Of a stretch of 64,000 nt of DNA, positions 28,806 to 36,982 are shown piece after piece. The stretch's first letter is position 1. Each line of letters starts with the position of its first letter. The DNA comes from Clostridium sp. CAG:632 (GTDB lineage Bacteria; Bacillota; Clostridia; Lachnospirales; Lachnospiraceae). The DNA lies in the NCBI GenBank assembly GCA_000431515.1, contig HF991345.1:4200-68199 (forward strand), read 5' to 3'. The translations under genes and the position numbers were made by a program. The notes beneath the pieces are model-generated. The model had not been told where the DNA came from, made no database searches, and saw nothing but the letters and a program-made list of their open reading frames with translations.

Positions 28806-29201
28806 TTATTGCTGCTTAAGAACGGAATAGGCGGCCGGTAAATGAATCCGGCTGGATACTTCATAAATACTAAGTGGGTTCTCATAAATATCTAACTGGT
28901 ATAAATGGACTCCGATTTCAGCAAGACAGGATTTCAGATCTTCATAAAAGACATTGCCCATGTTTTCAATATTGGGAACCAGATGCTCAAATGCGGGCAA
29001 GTCATTTAATACGCAGTGGTCATAGGGCTCCAGATACGTCCGGACAACCCCGTCTATATCATAGAACATAATCTGCTCTGCCTGTGCATCACGGCTGACA
29101 TAAATTGTGATCGTAAAGGTATGCTGATGCTCGTGTTCTTTTCGGTAATCAAAGCTGTGAGTGGCATTAAAGCGATATTGATATTTATAGTATTTCTGCA
29201 T
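28806..29201 (-). CDS. 6-pyruvoyl-tetrahydropterin synthase / QueD-like T-fold protein (first gene of the operon)
   Basis: 131 aa. FNATHSF...EHEHQHTFTITIYV aligns with the QueD F.AAH...C.NLHGHNWKVEV core, with HxHxH in place of CxxxHGH. Confidence 0.5.
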   Translation of the reverse strand: MQKYYKYQYRFNATHSFDYRKEHEHQHTFTITIYVSRDAQAEQIMFYDIDGVVRTYLEPYDHCVLNDLPAFEHLVPNIENMGNVFYEDLKSCLAEIGVHLYQLDIYENPLSIYEVSSRIHLPAAYSVLKQQ

Positions 29202-29493
29202 AAAACCACCTCTGATACTCTCTCATTGTGCCAAGATTATAATACTTTTTTGTTGTAAAAACATTGTCAAATTCTGCTATATATTGTAATATCTTGTAAA
29301 AAAGTAAGAATCCTTCCTATATTATTCCATTTATGTCATATATCGTCATGTACGAGCCGTGACTCAAGTGTTTGCTTCTTAATTTTACTTGAACAATGTG
29401 AAAAGATTGTGTAATCTAAGAGGTACAGAAATCGGGGAAAATCGACAGATGGATTTCTGGAAAAAGAAAGATGGATACGAAAGGACGAGGGAA

Positions 29494-29940
29494 ATGAAAA
29501 AGTTTTTAGAAGAATTTAAGAAGTTTATCATGAAAGGAAACGCACTGGATCTGGCTGTCGGTGTAATCATCGGTGGTGCATTCACATCCATCGTCAATTC
29601 ACTGAATGCAGACATTATTACTCCGGTTCTGGCAATTTTCGGCGGCGTGGATTTCTCAAACCTGACATTGAAGCTGGGCAACGGTGATCTGGCACCGGTA
29701 CTTACCTATGGTAACTTCCTGACAGCAGTGATCAATTTCCTGATCACAGCATTTGTAATTTTCTGTATGATCAAGATCATCAACGGAATCGGTGATAAGT
29801 TCAAGAAGAAGCAGGAAGAGAAGCCAACAACCAAGAAGTGTCCATACTGCAAGAGTGAGATCGCGATCGAAGCAACCAGATGTCCGCATTGTACTTCGGT
29901 TCTGGAGGCGGCAGAGCAGACAGAGGCGGCTTCCAAATAA
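29494..29940 (+). CDS. mscL: Large-conductance mechanosensitive channel MscL with a C-terminal CxxC...CxxC zinc-ribbon extension
   Basis: MKKFLEEFKKFIMKGNALDLAVGVIIGGAF matches the MscL N-terminus. C-terminus is CPYCKSEIAIEATRCPHC. Alternative upstream starts exist at 29449 and 29389. Confidence 0.75.
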   Translation: MKKFLEEFKKFIMKGNALDLAVGVIIGGAFTSIVNSLNADIITPVLAIFGGVDFSNLTLKLGNGDLAPVLTYGNFLTAVINFLITAFVIFCMIKIINGIGDKFKKKQEEKPTTKKCPYCKSEIAIEATRCPHCTSVLEAAEQTEAASK

Positions 29941-30027
29941 ACAGAAAACGGATTAGATTTTATAAAAATGGTCATACTTCAAATGCAGTCCCGAAAGCGG
30001 GCAAGAATTTGAAAGGGAGACCATGAT

Positions 30028-30801
30028 ATGAAACATATAGGAAAGATTGCGTTAATGGTATTGATAACACTTGCATTTGTATTACAGCTGTTGATCAATC
30101 AGAGGATAGGACCGGAAGGGAATGTCGTAGAAGCCTTCAGCAGTACGGAGCTGATCCCGGTAGAAGCATGTGTAAGTGCATACGGAGATTTTGGCGACAT
30201 GGAGCTGACGGAGGAGACCAGACAGACCATGCTTAAGAATCTGGCCGGGCAGCTGGGGATCACAGACGGTTATGCTGTGACTGCGACGCAGGGAGATTCT
30301 TTTCAGGAATCTACGCTGACCAAGGATGGTAAATATGGTAAGACAGTGCTGCAGATCGTGAGTTTAAAGACCGGCGAGAACGGAGAGTCGGAGGGTGCCG
30401 GTGGAAGCACGGGATATCAGCAGATGATCTTAAGTGATATTACGATTTATGATAATCCGGACTATATGATGCAGTGTAAAGAGATGCTGGAGGATATTTA
30501 CCGGTCGGTCGGGATGACACCGGAGGTCGGCATCTATGTAAAAGGGAAGACTGCCGGAGCACTTTCCGAGCGGGGACGGCAGAAAATCACAGATAGTATA
30601 TTTGAACAGCTTCATGCAGAGACCGTGCAGGAGATTCATAATGAAAACTATGACTGTGTCTATGGATATACGGAGTGGTTTGAGCACTCCATAAAACAAA
30701 ACGGTAGGAAGATCAATCTGAATCTTGCATTTACCTATCAGGAAGAGGAAGATATAACTTATCTCCATCTGGCTGTTCCGTATATCCGGCAGTCATTCTG
30801 A
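30028..30801 (+). CDS. Membrane-anchored hypothetical protein (possibly YwmB/DUF1779-like)
   Basis: N-terminal TM, then a 230-aa soluble domain. Sits 32 nt upstream of the GTPase-NYN gene. Confidence 0.35.
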   Translation: MKHIGKIALMVLITLAFVLQLLINQRIGPEGNVVEAFSSTELIPVEACVSAYGDFGDMELTEETRQTMLKNLAGQLGITDGYAVTATQGDSFQESTLTKDGKYGKTVLQIVSLKTGENGESEGAGGSTGYQQMILSDITIYDNPDYMMQCKEMLEDIYRSVGMTPEVGIYVKGKTAGALSERGRQKITDSIFEQLHAETVQEIHNENYDCVYGYTEWFEHSIKQNGRKINLNLAFTYQEEEDITYLHLAVPYIRQSF

Positions 30802-30833
30802 TCAGAACCGGCGTTTCTTATACTGCATAGCTG

Positions 30834-33527
30834 ATGAAAGGGAAAGAGAACAGACAAATGAAACAGAAGCAGGTGATCGGGATTCTGGCACATGTAGATG
30901 CCGGAAAAACAACTTTATCAGAGGCATTGCTCTACACATCCGGTGGAATCAGGCGCTTTGGACGGGTAGATCATCAGGATGCGTTTCTGGATAATTTTGC
31001 CATGGAGCGTGAGCGGGGGATTACGATTTTTTCCAAACAGGCGGAACTCACCTTTGGGGATGTCCGTGTGACGCTTCTAGATACGCCGGGGCATGTGGAT
31101 TTCTCGGCAGAGATGGAACGTACTCTGCAGGTTCTGGACTATGCGATTCTGGTGATCAATGGTGCAGATGGTGTACAGGCACATACCGGAACACTCTGGC
31201 GGCTTTTGAAACAGTACCGGATCCCGGTATTTTTATTTGTAAACAAGATGGATCAGCCGTCTGCGGATAAGGAGCGGCTGATGGAGAATCTGAAGACACA
31301 GCTGGATGAGGGATGTATGGATTTTACGGACATCCGGCTGACGGATGAGAGTCTGGCCATGGGCAGTGAAGAGATGATGGAGGCCTATCTGGAGACAGGA
31401 GATATTCCTGAGGATGCGGTGAGAAGGGCCATCCGGAAACGATACATATTCCCATGTTATTTCGGCTCCGCGCTGAAGCTGACCGGAATTGAGGTACTGA
31501 TGGAGGGTATGGCACGGTATATGGAATGCCCGGTATACGGTGCGGAGTTCGGAGCGAAGGTATACAAGATATCCAGAGATGAACAGGGCAATCGTATGAC
31601 ACACCTGAAGATAACCGGTGGAAGCCTGAAGGTTAAGGCAGTCTTAAAACATCACTCCGGGAAAGAGGAGAAGGTGAACCAGGTCCGGATCTATTCCGGA
31701 GCAGGTTATCAGACGGTGCCGGAGGTCGCTGCCGGGGAGATCTGTGCGATAACCGGACTGGAGGAGAGTTACAGCGGAGAAGGCTTTGGGATAGAGCATG
31801 ATTCGGAGCTGCCGATTCTGGAACCGGTATTAAGCTACCGCCTGATTCTGCCAAAGGATTGTAATGTACATGAGGCGTGGAGTCAGTTAAAGCAGCTGGA
31901 GGAAGAAGATCCGCTGTTAAAGCTGGCCTGGCATGAGGCGACCGGTGAGATTCACATTCAGGTGATGGGAGAAGTGGAGCTGGAGGTGCTGAAAAGTCTG
32001 ATCGCAGAACGGTTCGGATATGATGTGACGTTCGGGGAAGGCAGTCTGGTCTATAAGGAAACAATCGCAACCAAGGTAGAAGGTGTGGGACATTTTGAGC
32101 CATTACGTCACTATGCCGAGGTGCATCTTCTGATGGAACCGGGAGAGTCGGGAAGCGGAATCCAGGTGGAAGCGGACTGCAGTGAGGATGTGCTTGCAAG
32201 GAACTGGCAGCGGCTGGTTCTGACGCACATTGAGGAGCGGAAGCATCCCGGAGTACTGACCGGCTCCGAGATCACGGATATGAAGATCACACTGATTGCA
32301 GGACGGGCGCATACCAAGCATACAGAGGGCGGGGATTTCCGTCAGGCCACATATCGTGCGATCCGGCAGGGATTGAAGAAGGCAGAAAGTGTTCTGCTGG
32401 AGCCGTATTATGAGTATCAGCTGACGGTGCCTACCGAGAATGCAGGACGGGCAATCTCGGATATTCAGCGGATGTCCGGCACCTTTGAGGTATCCGGGCA
32501 GGGAGAAGCGGAGACGCTTCTGACAGGTATGCTTCCGGTTGCGGAGGTATCCGGATATCAGGCAGAGGTACGGGCATATACGAAAGGATACGGAAGGTTT
32601 GTCTGTACTTTAAAGGGCTATTATCCTTGTCATAATCAGGAGGAAATCGTTCAGAAGATCGGCTATGATGCGGAGGCAGATGTGGAGAATCCGACCGGAT
32701 CGGTATTCTGTGCCCATGGGGCCGGATTTATCGTGCCGTGGAATGAGGTAGAGTCCTATATGCATGTGGAGACACAGGTAGAGTCTCCGGCAGAGATGCA
32801 TGGATCATTGGATAAGGCACGAAGCGGTGATCGGGTTTCTGTCTCAAAGGTCATTGCAGAAGAAGATGAGCTGGAGGCTATCTTCCGGCGGACTTATGGC
32901 GGCAGTATCCGGAAACCTTATGAGAACCGGTATGAGACTCAGGATGAGGACCGGTATTATACAGCGGATCCGGCAGATTCCGGGACAGGGAATGCCGGTG
33001 GAAAAGAGACATGGAATAAATATGCCGATACTGCCGGAAAGAAGCCGCGGGAGTCGTATCTTCTGGTGGATGGATATAATATTATCTTTGCCTGGAAGGA
33101 GTTAAATGAACTGTCAAAAACCGATCTGGCAGCGGCGAGAGGAAAGCTGATGGATATTCTCTGTAATTATCAGGGGTACCGGAAGATGAAACTGATTCTG
33201 GTATTTGACGGTTATAAGGTGCCGGGCAATCCGGGCGAGATGATAGAATATCATAATATTCATGTGGTGTATACGAAGGAGGCTCAGACAGCAGACCAGT
33301 ACATTGAAAAGCTGGTGCATGATATGGGAAGGAATTATGATATTACGGTCGCTACCTCAGACGGACTGGAGCAGCTGATCATATGGGGAGCCGGAGCCAG
33401 AAGACTGTCTGCCCGGGAATTGAAGGAAGAGGTGGAACGGGCAGATGAGGAACTGCGGGAACGGTATCTGGAGAGGCAGTCCTCCGAGAAGAACTACGCA
33501 TTCCGGAAAATCTTACAGGATAAGTAA
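30834..33527 (+). CDS. Fusion protein: Tet(M)/Tet(O)-like ribosomal-protection translational GTPase (EF-G paralog) with a C-terminal Rae1/YacP-type NYN ribonuclease domain
   Basis: Intact G1 AHVDAGKTT, G3 DTPGH and G4 NKMD motifs in the N-terminal GTPase region. Residues about 745-897 (LLVDGYNIIFAW...ILVFDG...VVYTKEAQTADQYIEKL...VATSDGLEQLIIWGAGARRLSARELKEEVE) align nearly residue-for-residue with B. subtilis Rae1/YacP, including its four catalytic Asp. One uninterrupted ORF. Confidence 0.7.
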   Translation: MKGKENRQMKQKQVIGILAHVDAGKTTLSEALLYTSGGIRRFGRVDHQDAFLDNFAMERERGITIFSKQAELTFGDVRVTLLDTPGHVDFSAEMERTLQVLDYAILVINGADGVQAHTGTLWRLLKQYRIPVFLFVNKMDQPSADKERLMENLKTQLDEGCMDFTDIRLTDESLAMGSEEMMEAYLETGDIPEDAVRRAIRKRYIFPCYFGSALKLTGIEVLMEGMARYMECPVYGAEFGAKVYKISRDEQGNRMTHLKITGGSLKVKAVLKHHSGKEEKVNQVRIYSGAGYQTVPEVAAGEICAITGLEESYSGEGFGIEHDSELPILEPVLSYRLILPKDCNVHEAWSQLKQLEEEDPLLKLAWHEATGEIHIQVMGEVELEVLKSLIAERFGYDVTFGEGSLVYKETIATKVEGVGHFEPLRHYAEVHLLMEPGESGSGIQVEADCSEDVLARNWQRLVLTHIEERKHPGVLTGSEITDMKITLIAGRAHTKHTEGGDFRQATYRAIRQGLKKAESVLLEPYYEYQLTVPTENAGRAISDIQRMSGTFEVSGQGEAETLLTGMLPVAEVSGYQAEVRAYTKGYGRFVCTLKGYYPCHNQEEIVQKIGYDAEADVENPTGSVFCAHGAGFIVPWNEVESYMHVETQVESPAEMHGSLDKARSGDRVSVSKVIAEEDELEAIFRRTYGGSIRKPYENRYETQDEDRYYTADPADSGTGNAGGKETWNKYADTAGKKPRESYLLVDGYNIIFAWKELNELSKTDLAAARGKLMDILCNYQGYRKMKLILVFDGYKVPGNPGEMIEYHNIHVVYTKEAQTADQYIEKLVHDMGRNYDITVATSDGLEQLIIWGAGARRLSARELKEEVERADEELRERYLERQSSEKNYAFRKILQDK

Positions 33528-33706
33528 TAAATTGTAGGAAAAACGTAAGAATATATTCAATGAAGATTCAGAAGAAATCAACGATACCTTCACATCTTCC
33601 ATTTATAATGAGACCAGGTTTTGAAAAGAAGCCCGGTCTTTTTGTTATGGATGGATTTAACGATATAATGGATATGAGCCGGGTACAGGATGGAGGATAC
33701 ATGAAT

Positions 33707-34768
33707 ATGAAATTAGTGGTTTTGTTTGGCGGCGCATCATCCGAATACAGTGTTTCCCTGCAGTCTGCGATAGCAGTGATGGAGGCATTGGATCCGGAGA
33801 AATATGAGATCATTCCGGTAGGAATCAGCAAGGACGGAAAGTGGTTCCGATATTATGGTGAACGGCAGGCAATTGCCGAAAACGATTGGCAGAAGCAGGA
33901 ATGCCGACCGGCATTCCTATCTCCGGATCGCAGTGTACATGGTCTGGTCTGGCTCAAAGAGGACGGAACGGCAGTTACAGAATATGTGGATGCCGTATTT
34001 CCGGTTCTTCACGGTAAGCATGGAGAAGACGGAACCGTGCAGGGACTGTGTGAACTGGCAGGCATTCCATATGTCGGATGCGGTACCTTAAGTTCTGCTC
34101 TCTGTATGGATAAGGATCTGGCACATGTGGCTGCAAAGGCGGCCGGAGTAGCGGTTCCGGGTTATCGTGTCCTGCAGTCCTATATGACTCCGGATGAAAA
34201 GACGAAGGCCTGTGAAGGACTGGAGTATCCGGTATTTGTCAAGCCGGCACGGGCAGGATCTTCTTACGGAATTACAAAGGTATCCACGGCTGAACAGCTG
34301 GATGCGGCAATTGTGCTGGCGTTTGAGCATGATTCCAAGGTTGTGATCGAGGAAGCTATCGATGGATTTGAAGTAGGTTGTGCGGTTCTTGGCAATCAGA
34401 CGCTGACAGTCGGAGAAGTGGATGAGATCGAGCTGCATTCGGATGTATTTGACTTCCATGAGAAATATACATTGGAAACTTCCCGGATTCATGTTCCGGC
34501 GAGAGTTAGCAGAAAGAAGGCGGAGGAAATCAAGGAGACGGCCCGGATTCTTTACCGGGCACTGGAATGTCAGGGAATGGCCAGAGTCGATATGTTCCTG
34601 ACACCGGAAGGAACGATCGTATTTAACGAGGTAAATACGATTCCGGGATTTACATCCCATAGCCGGTATCCGAATATGATGAAGGCCAGTGGCATATCAT
34701 TTGAGCAGCTTCTTGACACGCTGGTGGAAGAAGCACTGGCCGTACAGAAAAACCGGGATATTCTGTAG
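33707..34768 (+). CDS. ddl: D-alanine--D-alanine ligase family (possibly a D-Ala--D-Ser ligase)
   Basis: MKLVVLFGGASSEYSVSLQSA N-terminus. ATP-grasp motifs. Start chosen 9 nt after GGAGGA. The listed ORF start at 33560 is probably an over-extension. Confidence 0.8.
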   Translation: MKLVVLFGGASSEYSVSLQSAIAVMEALDPEKYEIIPVGISKDGKWFRYYGERQAIAENDWQKQECRPAFLSPDRSVHGLVWLKEDGTAVTEYVDAVFPVLHGKHGEDGTVQGLCELAGIPYVGCGTLSSALCMDKDLAHVAAKAAGVAVPGYRVLQSYMTPDEKTKACEGLEYPVFVKPARAGSSYGITKVSTAEQLDAAIVLAFEHDSKVVIEEAIDGFEVGCAVLGNQTLTVGEVDEIELHSDVFDFHEKYTLETSRIHVPARVSRKKAEEIKETARILYRALECQGMARVDMFLTPEGTIVFNEVNTIPGFTSHSRYPNMMKASGISFEQLLDTLVEEALAVQKNRDIL

Positions 34769-34805
34769 GTCGGAAAACAGACAGGAAAGAAAGGAGCGGG
34801 TGTCT

Positions 34806-36884
34806 ATGAACCGAAATCAGAAATATGGCGGGTTGGATTGGTTCCGTATTATCAGTGCAATACTGGTTATTACGATTCATACTTCCCCGTTATTAAGCTT
34901 TGCCGAATTGCCGGATTTTATATTGACCCGTATCATTGCACGGGTAGCGGTGCCGTTCTTTCTTATGGTGTCGGGGTTTTTCCTGCTGCCGGATCTGCGG
35001 TGGGATGAGTCTGTGCAGGCTCGATTGAAGAAGCAGCTGGGAAAGCTGGGCATCCTGTATCTGGTTTCGGCATGCTTATATGTGCCGTTCATGATCTATA
35101 ATGATTATTTCGGGAAAAGTTTTTCGGTACTTGCGTTCCTAAAGGATGTTTTTATAAATGGTACGTTTTATCACCTGTGGTATCTTCCGGCAGCCATTCT
35201 CGGACTGGCGCTGACCGGATGGCTGTTGCGGCACTTTGACAGCCGGTTTGTGCTGATCCTGTCTGCGGTTTTATATGGAATCGGATTGTTTGGGGACAGC
35301 TACTATGGAATGGCGGAACAGATTCCGTGGTTACGTGCGGCCTATGCCGTGTTGTTCCGATTTACAGACTATACCAGAAACGGATTATTCTATGTCCCGA
35401 TCTTTCTGATGCTTGGGTATGGACTCGGCAAAGCCGCCGGACAGGGCAAAAGCCTGTCACGGAAACAGGCAGTGCTCGGTCTGATCATAAGCGGAGCAGC
35501 AATGATTGCGGAAGGTTTATATCTGCATAAGTGGCGGTTACAGCGCCATGACAGTATGTATGCAATGCTTCCGCTGGTGATGGTGTTCCTGTTTGCGTGT
35601 ATGATGAAATGGAACTGCAAAGGCGGAAAACAGCTGAATCGTATGGCAATGCTGGTGTATATCATCCATCCGGCAATGATCGTGGTTGTCAGACTGGCAG
35701 GTAAGCTGACCGGATCAACAGCATATGTGACAGATCAGAGCCTGATCCATTTTATGCTGGTGGCGATACTGTCTTTTGCGGCAGCGTGGGGAATGCTTAT
35801 CTTACAAGGAAAAATAAAAGAAGCGAAGCGGGCACAGAAGCGGAAACAGAATGTGCGGGAACGGGCATGGACAGAGATTTCCATTGATAATCTGTATCAT
35901 AATATTCATGAGATACAGGAAATCCTCCCGGAGCGGACGCAGATTATGGCAGTAGTTAAAACAGACGGATATGGCAACGGAGGACTCAGAATTGCCGGGC
36001 ATTTAAATAAAATGGGAATCAATGCCTTTGCCGTGACAACTATGGAGGAGGGCGTACTCTTGAGAAGAAACGGAATCGAAGGACTGATTCTGATCATGGG
36101 GCGCACGGAACCGGAAAAAATAAGAGAGCTGGAGCGGTTTCATCTGACGCAGACGATTGATGATCCGGAGTATGCGGAGGCCTTAAATGACAAAAAATGT
36201 AATATCCGGGTGCATGTCCGGTTTGACGTGGAAGAGAGCCGGAGCAGAAAAGACGGACCTTCCCGGATTGAAAAGCTGTATCGATTCCGGTATCTGCAGG
36301 TGGACGGAATCTATACAAATCTGACAGCGGCGGATAGTACAGAACCGGAACAGGTAGAACTGACCCAGAATCAGATTCAATATTATTATGATGTCATTGA
36401 TTATCTGAAAAGCCGAGGGATCCAACCGGGAAAAATGCATATTCAGAATAGTTACGGTATATTGAATTATCCGGAATTGGACTGTGATTATGCAAGAATC
36501 GGAACTGCCATGTATGGTATTTTGAGCAGGCAGGCAGATGTGAAGCTGGCGGTAGATTTAAGACCGGTCATTACAGTGAAAGCAAAAGTCGCAGCCATGA
36601 AGCTGGTAAAGGCAGGGGAAACGATCGGATACGGCAGAGGATATGTTGCGAAAGAAGATCAACGCATTGCCATTGTAACGATAGGCTACGGAGAAGAAGT
36701 GCCGGGTGTGTCAGAGGAGGCCGGACTGGTACTGGTGCATGGTGGCGAGGCTAAAATTGTAGGAAAAATCTGTATGGATCAGATGATGGTCGATGTAACC
36801 GGAATTGAAAATGTAAAAGTGGGAGATGTTGTGACCATGCTGGGTGACGAAATGGACGAAAAGGTGTTGAATAAGATATTCTAG
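34806..36884 (+). CDS. VanT-like membrane-bound serine/alanine racemase (N-terminal acyltransferase-3 membrane domain plus C-terminal alanine-racemase domain)
   Basis: N-terminal 10-TM acyltransferase_3-like domain (MNRNQKYGGLDWFRIISAILVITIHT). C-terminal PLP motif AVVKTDGYGNG and the racemase fold. Confidence 0.75.
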   Translation: MNRNQKYGGLDWFRIISAILVITIHTSPLLSFAELPDFILTRIIARVAVPFFLMVSGFFLLPDLRWDESVQARLKKQLGKLGILYLVSACLYVPFMIYNDYFGKSFSVLAFLKDVFINGTFYHLWYLPAAILGLALTGWLLRHFDSRFVLILSAVLYGIGLFGDSYYGMAEQIPWLRAAYAVLFRFTDYTRNGLFYVPIFLMLGYGLGKAAGQGKSLSRKQAVLGLIISGAAMIAEGLYLHKWRLQRHDSMYAMLPLVMVFLFACMMKWNCKGGKQLNRMAMLVYIIHPAMIVVVRLAGKLTGSTAYVTDQSLIHFMLVAILSFAAAWGMLILQGKIKEAKRAQKRKQNVRERAWTEISIDNLYHNIHEIQEILPERTQIMAVVKTDGYGNGGLRIAGHLNKMGINAFAVTTMEEGVLLRRNGIEGLILIMGRTEPEKIRELERFHLTQTIDDPEYAEALNDKKCNIRVHVRFDVEESRSRKDGPSRIEKLYRFRYLQVDGIYTNLTAADSTEPEQVELTQNQIQYYYDVIDYLKSRGIQPGKMHIQNSYGILNYPELDCDYARIGTAMYGILSRQADVKLAVDLRPVITVKAKVAAMKLVKAGETIGYGRGYVAKEDQRIAIVTIGYGEEVPGVSEEAGLVLVHGGEAKIVGKICMDQMMVDVTGIENVKVGDVVTMLGDEMDEKVLNKIF

Positions 36885-36887
36885 TCA

Positions 36888-36916
36888 TTCACAAATCCTG
36901 AAAGTTATAGTACAAT
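36888..36916 (+). promoter_or_regulatory. Sigma-A-type promoter for metY
   Basis: TTCACA at 36888-36893, a 17-nt spacer, then TACAAT at 36911-36916. Confidence 0.45.
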
Positions 36917-36982
36917 ACGAGTAGACAAATAGTATTTAAAGTATACTGTTTTGGTATGATTAAAACGAGTAAGGAGAAAAAA

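Noticed and set aside
29263-29291. TTGTCA-17-TAATAT promoter-like element upstream of mscL
   Set aside because: It lies about 200 nt from the start codon and has weak hexamers. A competing candidate sits nearer the gene.
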